Shown here: piece after piece, positions 48,609 through 57,008 of the stretch
How positions within the stretch are numbered: the stretch's first letter is position 1
How the letters are laid out: the number at the start of each line of letters is the position of its first letter
Virus record (IMG/VR): IMGVR_UViG_3300021141_000001
Length of the DNA stretch: 64,000 bases
Direction: 5' to 3' (one strand)
Source of the DNA: a virus
Translations under genes and position numbers: made by a program
Notes under the pieces: model-generated
The model's input: only the letters and a program-made list of their open reading frames with translations
What the model was told of the DNA's origin: nothing
Database searches by the model: none

Positions 48609-48966
48609 AATAGAAATACTTGATAGAATAATTACTAAGGCTGAACTTGGTGATGATTACTATTGGAGTTATTGGTATGATGATGAGTGGGATGATTATC
48701 ACGATGGTTACTGTGATTGTTATATGTGTATGCCTGTTGATTATGATTATCTACCAGAAGAATTTCAACCTAAAGCAGTAACACATATAAGCAAAAGAGG
48801 TATAAGAATAACACAACATACTCATTCTCCTGGTAAATTAATAGATATGACTTCTATTTACTCTAAAGAAGTTCTTAGACAAAAAAGAATCAACCATATT
48901 TTAGGGATAGAGTCAATAGAACATTCTCGTCCAACTTTAGGAGATATTTTGAATATTAAAAAATAA
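48589..48966 (+). CDS. Hypothetical protein
   Basis: D/Y/W-rich with CDCYMC; RQKRINHIL. Confidence 0.65.
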   Translation: MALRKNKIEILDRIITKAELGDDYYWSYWYDDEWDDYHDGYCDCYMCMPVDYDYLPEEFQPKAVTHISKRGIRITQHTHSPGKLIDMTSIYSKEVLRQKRINHILGIESIEHSRPTLGDILNIKK

Positions 48967-48978
48967 TCCTTATCTTTG
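48948..48978 (+). promoter_or_regulatory. Bacteroidota sigmaA-type promoter
   Basis: TTTG-N19-TATCTTTG. Confidence 0.7.
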
Positions 48979-48996
48979 TATAACAAATTAAAAAAT

Positions 48997-49137
48997 ATGG
49001 ATATAACAGCAGTAGTTTCAGATGTTCTTGATAACCAAGATTTAAATGTTAGTAATGTTAGTGACTTTCTTCAGATGGCTGAGGAATATAAGTATCAACT
49101 TTTAATGGAAGAGTTGAATCAAGAGTTAAACTCTTAA
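48997..49137 (+). CDS. 46-aa acidic peptide, not in ORF track
   Basis: MDITAVVSDVLDNQDLNVSNVSDFLQMAEEYKYQLLMEELNQELNS directly behind host-type promoter. Confidence 0.6.
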   Translation: MDITAVVSDVLDNQDLNVSNVSDFLQMAEEYKYQLLMEELNQELNS

Positions 49138-49143
49138 AAATAA

Positions 49144-49214
49144 GGTCGGGTGACCGAGTGTTTAGGTGAAGGTTCGCAAAACCTTTTACGGTGGTTAAAA
49201 TCCATCCCCGACCT
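49144..49214 (+). tRNA. tRNA-Cys(GCA), non-canonical loops, no encoded CCA
   Basis: Acceptor GGTCGGG/CCCGACC, D ACC/GGT, anticodon AAGGT-TCGCAAA-ACCTT, T GGTGG-TTAAAAT-CCATC, discriminator U. Confidence 0.85.
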
Positions 49215-49234
49215 CTAAAAATTAAAAATGTATA

Positions 49235-49834
49235 ATGGCAAATAAATTTGTATCCAGTACTCTATCCTTAGATGATTTAAGGATGGAGTTTAGAAATTTT
49301 AAATTAAAATCAATCAATAATGAAATTGAGTTCAAGATTTCAGACTCAATGATTGATGAAAATAAAGAGTTGTTAACTTTTATAACTGATACTTTTCCAA
49401 ATGATATCATTACAGGTTCACTTGCTCTTAAACTATTTGGTTTAATTAGTAGAAAAAGTAACGATGTTGATATCTTAATTAAAGATAAAAATCGTTATGA
49501 TAAATATATTCTTGATGGTTATGATGATGAATTTACAACTCCTAATCGTTTAGGTTACAAACCATTTAAATATAAAAAAGGAATTTTTTCAAAAGAAGTA
49601 GAATATAATGTTGATTTCTTTGAGGATAAAAATGTTTCTTTTCTTGAGTTTACTATTGATATTAGTACAACATTTCATTCTAATATTAAAAAAATTAAAA
49701 TTCATAACCCTTTAGAGATTATGGATTATAAATTAGGTATTTTTGCTAATCCTAAAGTTGGTAGAACAACAGGTAGAAAACACAACGAAGATTTGACTCA
49801 AATTTTTAGTCAAGCTCCTTGGCAAGTTAAATAG
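49235..49834 (+). CDS. Pol-beta-type nucleotidyltransferase-like protein
   Basis: ITGSLAL..G...R...DVDI. Confidence 0.65.
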   Translation: MANKFVSSTLSLDDLRMEFRNFKLKSINNEIEFKISDSMIDENKELLTFITDTFPNDIITGSLALKLFGLISRKSNDVDILIKDKNRYDKYILDGYDDEFTTPNRLGYKPFKYKKGIFSKEVEYNVDFFEDKNVSFLEFTIDISTTFHSNIKKIKIHNPLEIMDYKLGIFANPKVGRTTGRKHNEDLTQIFSQAPWQVK

Positions 49835-49853
49835 TTTTCCTTATCTTTGTGTT

Positions 49854-50489
49854 ATGGCAAAGTACCTCAATTATCGTTATATCTTTCCTCCACGTCCAAA
49901 GAATGCTATTCCTGATACGGAATTAGAATTCTGGGATAATGGTTCTTTAATTGCTCAGCCAAAACTCAATGGTTCAAATTGCGTTATCTTTACAAATGGT
50001 GTTAAGACCATTGTAATGAATCGTCATAATCAAAGACTTACTAACTTTAATATCTCTGATAATGAAATCAAAGATATTTATCGTGGTGAAGGTTGGATGA
50101 TTTTGAATGGTGAGTATATGAATAAGTCTAAATCAGACGAAAACAATCAAGTATTTAATCATAAGTTTGTAATCTTTGATATTCTTGGATATAATGGTGA
50201 TTATCTTGTTGGTAAAACATTTGAAGAAAGAATTATATTACTTGATGAATTATATGGTCAGATTGATTCTGATAAAGAATATCTTTTCAAAGTAACAGAA
50301 AATGTTTATCGAGTGAAATCTTATTTAGTAGATTTCAAAGGTATTTTTGATAAATTGAGTCCAATTGATATGATTGAGGGTTTAGTGATGAAACGTAAGA
50401 ATGCTCGCTTAGAATTGGGTACTTCTGAGAATAATAATACCAAGAGTCAATTGAAATGTCGAAAAGCAACAAAAAATTATAAATATTAA
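49854..50489 (+). CDS. Minimal ATP-dependent ligase (adenylation domain only)
   Basis: QPKLNG, LNGEY, IFDIL, EGLVMK, LKCR; no OB domain. Confidence 0.75.
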   Translation: MAKYLNYRYIFPPRPKNAIPDTELEFWDNGSLIAQPKLNGSNCVIFTNGVKTIVMNRHNQRLTNFNISDNEIKDIYRGEGWMILNGEYMNKSKSDENNQVFNHKFVIFDILGYNGDYLVGKTFEERIILLDELYGQIDSDKEYLFKVTENVYRVKSYLVDFKGIFDKLSPIDMIEGLVMKRKNARLELGTSENNNTKSQLKCRKATKNYKY

Positions 50490-50527
50490 TTTTTTGATAA
50501 TATTAGCTAAAACCTTACTGGGTAAAG

Positions 50528-50563
50528 AAACCCTCTAAATTTTAATAAATTTAGAGGGTTTTT
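50528..50563 (+). terminator. Intrinsic terminator
   Basis: AAACCCTCTAAATTT...AAATTTAGAGGGTTT plus T run. Confidence 0.75.
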
Positions 50564-50607
50564 TCATTTTTTTATACTGATATATAATAAAAAACAAACT
50601 ACAAAAT

Positions 50608-51210
50608 ATGGCAAATGACATCGCATCACAATTCTCTGGTTTACCGATTGAAGACTTAATTGTCTCTCCTTTGGTTGGTATGGCTAAGGGTCAAGCACAA
50701 TTAAATGACGTAACTTGGAGATATATCTCTGAAGTAGCGTTCACTAAAGATAAAAATGGTAATACTACCGCAAGATCTTTGGATGTTGAAATGAACAGAG
50801 TTGTAACAGACGGAGCAACTGGTGAGCAAACTTTACAAAAGCTTTACTCAAAAGTACCTATGTTACCATTAGTTCCAATTCCATCACTTGCTATCACATC
50901 TGCTGATATCGAGTTTACAATGGAAATTAAAACTTCAGAAGTTGATAAATCAAGTACTGATACTGAAGCTTCTTTTCAAGCTTCTGCTTCTGGTGGATTC
51001 TGGGGTATGAAATACTCAGTTTCTATGGCTGGTAAAGTTGCTACTCACAAAGAAAACACTCGTAGCACTGATAACTCAGCTAAATACAATGTAAAAGTAC
51101 ACGCTGAACAATTACCTCCAACTGAAGGTATGTTGAAATTATCTGATTATCTAACACAAATGTTAGAACCATCTTTAATTCCACTTACTGAAGATCCTCA
51201 AAGTAAATAA
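50608..51210 (+). CDS. DUF2589-like protein
   Basis: F.GLP.E.LI..PL, VP.L.LVPIPSL.I, RSTDNSAKY, P.EG. Confidence 0.7.
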   Translation: MANDIASQFSGLPIEDLIVSPLVGMAKGQAQLNDVTWRYISEVAFTKDKNGNTTARSLDVEMNRVVTDGATGEQTLQKLYSKVPMLPLVPIPSLAITSADIEFTMEIKTSEVDKSSTDTEASFQASASGGFWGMKYSVSMAGKVATHKENTRSTDNSAKYNVKVHAEQLPPTEGMLKLSDYLTQMLEPSLIPLTEDPQSK

Positions 51211-51231
51211 TCAGCAAAGGATAAAAATTAG

Positions 51232-51262
51232 AAAAGAGACTAAGAAATTGGTCTCTTTTTTT
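51232..51262 (+). terminator. Intrinsic terminator
   Basis: AAAAGAGACTAA-GAAA-TTGGTCTCTTTT. Confidence 0.75.
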
Positions 51263-51313
51263 ATTAAACTTTATTTATTTATTTCATTATAAGATAAAAC
51301 ACACATTTAAATA

Positions 51314-51805
51314 ATGGCAAGATTAAACATCGAAGAGTTGGTAAGTGGCTTACTTGAAGCAGGTATGGTTGCGCAAAGTATTACCGAAAAACAACACATA
51401 AGTAATCTTGTGAATTATTTTAATGCTGATGGTTCACCTAAAGTTCAAAAGTTCAAAATTGGTGAAAAAGAAATGGAGGTACCTCTTTATATTTTAGCCG
51501 ATCACTCATCTATTGGTTTAGATGAATTAGATGTTGAGTTTGAAGCAAGATTAGTTATTGGTGATAATCAAGCATCGGATCTTAAAAGAAGCCTATTAGG
51601 TATTTTTAAAAATAAAAAAGACGGAAAAATTAGTCAAGATGCTAATCATAATATTAAATCAATTGAAGTTGATTCTGGTAAAAATGAAGACGGTTCTGGT
51701 ATGGCTAAAATTAAAGTTAAATTTAAGTCTGATACTAAGCCTGAAATGATATCAAGACTAATTGATGCTTATATTCAAAAAATGGACGATTCGGGAACAA
51801 AATAA
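51314..51805 (+). CDS. DUF2589-like partner protein
   Basis: VPLYILADHSSIGLDELDVEFE and PE..SRLID parallel to previous gene. Confidence 0.6.
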   Translation: MARLNIEELVSGLLEAGMVAQSITEKQHISNLVNYFNADGSPKVQKFKIGEKEMEVPLYILADHSSIGLDELDVEFEARLVIGDNQASDLKRSLLGIFKNKKDGKISQDANHNIKSIEVDSGKNEDGSGMAKIKVKFKSDTKPEMISRLIDAYIQKMDDSGTK

Positions 51806-51822
51806 AATTACTATATAGAATC

Positions 51823-52104
51823 ATGGAAAAGAAAGATTCAAATAGTAGTGGATTTGCCGAAATATTTTTTAGTAAACTAAAAGAACAATCATTTACAATT
51901 ATTTTAATGGTTGGTATGTTAATATACCAAAACAAAGTATTTAATGAACAAGTCATAAGATATGAAAAACTTGTTAATGAAAAACAACAATACATTGATA
52001 AGTTAATTGAAGACCAAAGACAGAGAGCTATTTTAAGAGAACAGTATTTGTTACAACAAAGAGATTCCTATGTTGATGATTTAATAAAAAATAATCATAA
52101 GTAA
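51823..52104 (+). CDS. Single-TM coiled-coil protein
   Basis: One hydrophobic helix followed by heptads. Confidence 0.6.
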   Translation: MEKKDSNSSGFAEIFFSKLKEQSFTIILMVGMLIYQNKVFNEQVIRYEKLVNEKQQYIDKLIEDQRQRAILREQYLLQQRDSYVDDLIKNNHK

Positions 52105-52310
52105 TGGCTTTACCTTGTCCAGCTTGTAAAACACCTCTTAGTATTGATTTACATTTTATAATTGTAAATCCTGTTTCTGTTTGCCCAGGTTGTGGTATAA
52201 TATTAGACTTTAGTGTTAATGAAGAAATTAAAGGCAAATTCAAAGAAGCTATGGGTCAAATAGAAAGCATTAAAAGTCAATATAAAAATATTGCCAAATT
52301 TGGAAAATAA
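52104..52310 (+). CDS. Zinc-ribbon protein
   Basis: CPAC...CPGC. Confidence 0.7.
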   Translation: MALPCPACKTPLSIDLHFIIVNPVSVCPGCGIILDFSVNEEIKGKFKEAMGQIESIKSQYKNIAKFGK

Positions 52311-52336
52311 TATATACTACAAATATTAATCTATTG

Positions 52337-52900
52337 ATGGAAAAGTTCTCAAAATTAAAACCAAAAAACGAATTTGAAGATAAAGATAAAGTTCTTTATC
52401 AAGATAATCATTTTCAAGTAGTTCAATTTGAAGATTGGTCTATTCTAAAAGAAAGAGACTGTGTTGTTTGTATTCCTTTCTTAATTGAAACAAATCAAAT
52501 AGTTTTAAGATATGAATATATTCCCACATTCAAATATGTTGATGGTCAAGAATATCATGTTACCCTAGTATGTGGTGGTATTGAAAACGGTGAAACTGTT
52601 GAAAAAGCTTTAAGAAGAGAACTTGAAGAAGAGGCTGGTATTGTTATCAGAGACGATTTTCAATTTGAAGATATGAAACCTCTTTACATTAGTAAAGCAA
52701 TATCTAATAGATATCATCCTTTCTTAATTCCTTTGAATGAAAAAGATTATCACGAGGTAGTCGCTAAAGGAGACGGATCTAAAGAAGAAGAAATGAGTAA
52801 ATCAGTAAAAGTGGATGTTAAGTATATTAACTCTCTAAATCCATCTGATTTAATTACTGACTATATGTTAATGAAAATTAAAGATTATCTTAAACCATAA
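52337..52900 (+). CDS. NUDIX hydrolase (ADP-ribose pyrophosphatase-like)
   Basis: GGIENGETVEKALRRELEEEAG; ATG at 52337. Confidence 0.85.
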   Translation: MEKFSKLKPKNEFEDKDKVLYQDNHFQVVQFEDWSILKERDCVVCIPFLIETNQIVLRYEYIPTFKYVDGQEYHVTLVCGGIENGETVEKALRRELEEEAGIVIRDDFQFEDMKPLYISKAISNRYHPFLIPLNEKDYHEVVAKGDGSKEEEMSKSVKVDVKYINSLNPSDLITDYMLMKIKDYLKP

Positions 52901-52906
52901 TTTAGT

Positions 52907-53101
52907 ATGAAAGAACTTAATCTTTCTGATGATATAAGTAAATTAGAGTTAATTAAAAAAGTTCGTAGATTTATTTATAATAATCAACATTCACTGCCAG
53001 TTTCTATAAATAGTAATAATCACACGGGTGTTATTATGGTTTTAGAAGAAGGTGATTTTAAATTTGTAATTAAAGATAATTTGATTTTAGTTACAGAGTA
53101 A
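52907..53101 (+). CDS. Hypothetical protein
   Basis: 64-aa ORF. Confidence 0.55.
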   Translation: MKELNLSDDISKLELIKKVRRFIYNNQHSLPVSINSNNHTGVIMVLEEGDFKFVIKDNLILVTE

Positions 53102-53102
53102 A

Positions 53103-54458
53103 TTACTTATTTAAGTATCTTTCTAAATCTGATTTCAAATCATTATTGAGAGATTTTGAATCAACATGACCGTAGTCAGAGAAATTTGGTTTCATTTCAT
53201 AAGTGAAATATTGTTCACCACACCAGTCTTTGAATATGTCAAATAAACTATTACCTTTTAATCTATCAGCATCTTCGTTATCTATCCAATCATTACTATA
53301 GGGAATAGTATAAAATGTATCAAGCTCTTGATATTCTCTTCTTGTTTGATTTCCTTCAGCGTCTTTTGATGTATAGTATTTAGTAACCTCTCTTTTTTCT
53401 TTTGTAAATGTAAATTCACTTTCAACTACTTCATCAAATTCATCAAGAATTGATTGATAGTTTGAATCAACGTGAGCATTCATTTCCCAGTCTCCTATTG
53501 TACTTCTAATTTCTTGACAGATTTCAGAATTTTTACATAATTGTTTTAGAGTTTCATAGAATCTTTCTTTTAGTAAGAATTGAATAACTTCTTCTTCTGA
53601 TTTTCCTTTAACACTTTCATATGCTTCATCAGAACATTCATCACCAATATGATTAATCATATCTTCTAATCCACCAACTTCTTTAATCATAGCTTTAATC
53701 AATAATTGATTATTTTCTTTAGTTAATGTATATTGAAACATTGAAGGTATATCCGGTTGATAATCTGAACCATAGTAATTATCATACATATCTTCTTCGC
53801 CTTTTACTAAAATGTCTTTATAGCTAGAACTTCTAGACAACATAATATCAGACATATCTTCTAAATTAACCTCAACATAAATATTACCATCTTTAATAAT
53901 GGCATCTGACCAGTCATAATATTTTACAAGGTCTTCTTCTGTGAATTCAACAGTATCTTTTGACTTAACAAAAATAGCAATATAATCATTAGCTTCTAAT
54001 GACTCAGGTTCACCTGAATTCCAGTTATCTGTAAAGAATAATCCACCTTTAATTTCTACACCATCTATATCACCAATATTGCCATCTTTATCGTGTATTG
54101 ATATTTCAGCATTTGCTTCTTCTTCTATAATTGAACAAGTAAATTGAAATGTAGAAGTAACATCATCATTTTTAAGTCTTTGTCCTTTTATTATTTGAAT
54201 CCAATAAGCAGGTCTAACTTTATCACCTGATTTTACCTTATCAGTATAAACATCTTTATCTTTTACCTCTTTAGTAGACCAATTTTTTTCTTGTATAGTT
54301 TCACAAAATCCAAAATCTACACTAACTATATAACCAGCATCTGTTATTTCTAACATATAATCAGTGATATCATCTTCGGTTAGTTTCCAAAGAGTTTTCT
54401 CTTCTATTTGTTCTTTAATAGATTCGGAAATAAAGTGAATATATCTTTTAAGTTTCAT
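53103..54458 (-). CDS. Acidic tagged hypothetical protein
   Basis: MKLKRYIHFISES. Confidence 0.7.
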   Translation of the reverse strand: MKLKRYIHFISESIKEQIEEKTLWKLTEDDITDYMLEITDAGYIVSVDFGFCETIQEKNWSTKEVKDKDVYTDKVKSGDKVRPAYWIQIIKGQRLKNDDVTSTFQFTCSIIEEEANAEISIHDKDGNIGDIDGVEIKGGLFFTDNWNSGEPESLEANDYIAIFVKSKDTVEFTEEDLVKYYDWSDAIIKDGNIYVEVNLEDMSDIMLSRSSSYKDILVKGEEDMYDNYYGSDYQPDIPSMFQYTLTKENNQLLIKAMIKEVGGLEDMINHIGDECSDEAYESVKGKSEEEVIQFLLKERFYETLKQLCKNSEICQEIRSTIGDWEMNAHVDSNYQSILDEFDEVVESEFTFTKEKREVTKYYTSKDAEGNQTRREYQELDTFYTIPYSNDWIDNEDADRLKGNSLFDIFKDWCGEQYFTYEMKPNFSDYGHVDSKSLNNDLKSDLERYLNK

Positions 54459-54460
54459 TA

Positions 54461-54476
54461 TTTAATATATATTAAA
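54461..54476. promoter_or_regulatory. Palindromic bidirectional late promoter
   Basis: TTTAATATATATTAAA between two divergent tagged genes. Confidence 0.65.
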
Positions 54477-54492
54477 AATTTCATTACATTTT

Positions 54493-55332
54493 ATGAGATA
54501 CATAAAGTTATACGAACAATTTAGAATATTTGAGGCAGAAGATATTAAAGATATTCCAGCACCATCAAAACAAGTACTTTTAGATGGAACATCTAGTTCT
54601 GGTAAAAGTGCCGCACTTAAAGGCTTATCAGATGATTGGTGTGTTTTAGCGGTAGATTCATTTTATAATTTAATGTATGAAGAGGCAGGAAATGAAGATT
54701 TTGGAAATAAAGATAAACCAAAAATATCTGAAGTATATCCTGATTGTCCTTATAAAACAAGTCGTGGTACCGAGGATTTTGAAAAAGCTGCTAGATGGTT
54801 TATGACACAAGAAGCAAAATATGGAAAAATATCAAAATTAGGATTAAAGGATAAAAATGGTACATTTGGAAGATCTGAACAAAGTAAAAATGTAATATAT
54901 GATGATGTTCAAGGAACCATATTAGAGTCTGCTGTTAAATCTGGTCTTTCTAAGCCAAAATGGATTTTAGTTCATGCTCCAATCGACCATTTAATTTTGA
55001 ATATAGAAAGAAGAAAAGGAACTGACGGTAGAGACCCCAAAAATGTTTTTATTGGTGCTTATTGTTTTAAGTATGAGGCAAAATCTGAAAAGGGCGGTGT
55101 TGATCCTGAAAAATCTTGGACTAAATCTTCTGTGAAAGAGTTATTTAAAAATCAATCTTGGGTTGATGAATTCTTAAATAAACTAGGTATCAAAGAAGAT
55201 GAAAAAGAATATTGGATATACACTAAAAGTATGCCAGAAGGAAAATATGATGTAATTGTTAATACAAGAAATAAATCTGGTAATCAGATGACAATTGATG
55301 AGGTTTCATCAGAAGTTAAGAAAAATTTCTAA
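54493..55332 (+). CDS. P-loop kinase (chloramphenicol phosphotransferase-like), tagged
   Basis: LDGTSSSGKS, VDSF, VIYDD, YDVIVNT; MRYIKLYEQFRIFE. Confidence 0.65.
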   Translation: MRYIKLYEQFRIFEAEDIKDIPAPSKQVLLDGTSSSGKSAALKGLSDDWCVLAVDSFYNLMYEEAGNEDFGNKDKPKISEVYPDCPYKTSRGTEDFEKAARWFMTQEAKYGKISKLGLKDKNGTFGRSEQSKNVIYDDVQGTILESAVKSGLSKPKWILVHAPIDHLILNIERRKGTDGRDPKNVFIGAYCFKYEAKSEKGGVDPEKSWTKSSVKELFKNQSWVDEFLNKLGIKEDEKEYWIYTKSMPEGKYDVIVNTRNKSGNQMTIDEVSSEVKKNF

Positions 55333-55335
55333 TAA

Positions 55336-55362
55336 AAAAGAGAGACTTAAAGTCTCTCTTTT
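55336..55362. terminator. Bidirectional terminator
   Basis: AAAAGAGAGACT-TAA-AGTCTCTCTTTT. Confidence 0.8.
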
Positions 55363-55388
55363 CATTTATAGCTGTTCGTTTATTTGTT

Positions 55389-56318
55389 TTAGATTTTACT
55401 TAGTAATTCTGATTTCTTTTCAGAGAACTCTTCATCTGTTAAGATTCCGGCTGAGTGTAAATCGGCTAATTTTTTGATTAGTTCAATTACTTCATCAGAT
55501 TCTTTTTTCACATTTATTTCTCCTGTTTTCTTATTAAAAATATCCTTTGTTTCAACTGGCTTTCTACTTTCTGGTAAGATTTGAATAATAGTTGAAGAAA
55601 TATAATGTTTCTCAAAGTCCATATCTACCTCAGTGAATTTTTGTTTAGACTTTTCACCTTTTTCAACTCTACCGGTTTCTAAACTATTAGTGAATAGATT
55701 ATTAACTGTAGTTCCACCATATGGTACATTAACATCAGATGTATAACTACAATTTATCATATTATTACTTGAGTAAGTATTTGTAGTTGTTGTTCCTATA
55801 ATACCATTAGATAGATTTGTAGTTACACAAGTACCATTAATAGTAGGACTTGTACCATACCAAACTGTATATGGATTACGCCAAGGATAAGGATTGTATG
55901 GATAATACTTTTCAACAATGATTCTATCAAACTTTCTTTGCCAGTTATCTAAAGTGATAACATCTTCTTTATAGAAAAAAACTTCTAAAAGACCATTGTT
56001 CTGAGTTGCGTCTAATGCTTCTCCAGAATTTTCAATTTCATAAGTTGAAAATTTGAATTTCTTTTTATCGTCAATAAAACAATCGAGATAAACCCTTTGT
56101 CCTGGTTTTACTACTAATCCTGTTTTTGATATTGATTGACCGTTTAATTTAATATCAGCGAGAACTGAAACGGTTAGTGGGTTGAATAATTCAATTTCGA
56201 ATTCTTCTTTATCTTCTAAGAAAACTTTTCCACTTTTAATTGATTTTCTCCCTTTGTCGTTAGGAGTTACGATCCAAGCACTTGGTTTCGTGCTGGTTTG
56301 AGCAATTTGTTTTGCCAT
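55389..56318 (-). CDS. Hypothetical protein with C-terminal SHOCT domain
   Basis: IKKLADLHSAGILTDEEFSEKKSELL. Confidence 0.7.
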   Translation of the reverse strand: MAKQIAQTSTKPSAWIVTPNDKGRKSIKSGKVFLEDKEEFEIELFNPLTVSVLADIKLNGQSISKTGLVVKPGQRVYLDCFIDDKKKFKFSTYEIENSGEALDATQNNGLLEVFFYKEDVITLDNWQRKFDRIIVEKYYPYNPYPWRNPYTVWYGTSPTINGTCVTTNLSNGIIGTTTTNTYSSNNMINCSYTSDVNVPYGGTTVNNLFTNSLETGRVEKGEKSKQKFTEVDMDFEKHYISSTIIQILPESRKPVETKDIFNKKTGEINVKKESDEVIELIKKLADLHSAGILTDEEFSEKKSELLSKI

Positions 56319-56431
56319 AGTTATTCTTTTTTATTTTATCCTATATCTTTGATTCATTTCTAAATCTCAAAGGCATCCTTTTGATACCTGACATAAGTGT
56401 AGCGAACAGCTAAATTATATATTGAAAAAGT

Positions 56432-56989
56432 TTATGCTTGTTGTAAATTTGTACCACAACCTGGACAAAATTTATAATTATTGTTTTCTAAGCCACAGTT
56501 GTAGCAAAATTTAATATTTGATACATTTATTGGTGTTTTATTAGTTTCTATAGATTTTACTTGTTCTATAACATTTGTTTTTTTAATGTGTATAAAATTT
56601 GTATTTGGATAAATTTGGTCTCTTTTACCTGTTATTATTATTTCAGGATTTGACTCTATGTTAAATATCCAAGGACTTTTTATCCATCTAGTGAATATTT
56701 TTGTTTTTTGGTCAATTTCTTCTCTACTTTTACCATCTATAAAAACAACAATTTCATTTACATTATTTCTTTCTATTAATCCTCCAGGTTCTAATAAAAC
56801 ATCTTGTAACACACTCATTGTTTTAAAAACTTCTTTTTGATCCGGAACTCCTTCAATTAGTTTAAAATTAAAAGTCCAGAGTTTTGAACCGGGTGCTGTT
56901 TCTAATAATTGAACACCATATTTAGTTCCGTTATCAGAACTAAAAACTATAGTGTTATTCCAAGAAATGGATCTATCTATTGTGTACAT
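56432..56989 (-). CDS. Protein with C-terminal double zinc ribbon
   Basis: FCYNCG...FCPGCG; ATG at 56989. Confidence 0.7.
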   Translation of the reverse strand: MYTIDRSISWNNTIVFSSDNGTKYGVQLLETAPGSKLWTFNFKLIEGVPDQKEVFKTMSVLQDVLLEPGGLIERNNVNEIVVFIDGKSREEIDQKTKIFTRWIKSPWIFNIESNPEIIITGKRDQIYPNTNFIHIKKTNVIEQVKSIETNKTPINVSNIKFCYNCGLENNNYKFCPGCGTNLQQA

Positions 56990-57008
56990 AAAATTATATA
57001 TCAAAAAA

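Noticed and set aside
51823-52104. Holin
   Set aside because: A single TM helix alone is insufficient and no endolysin is nearby.
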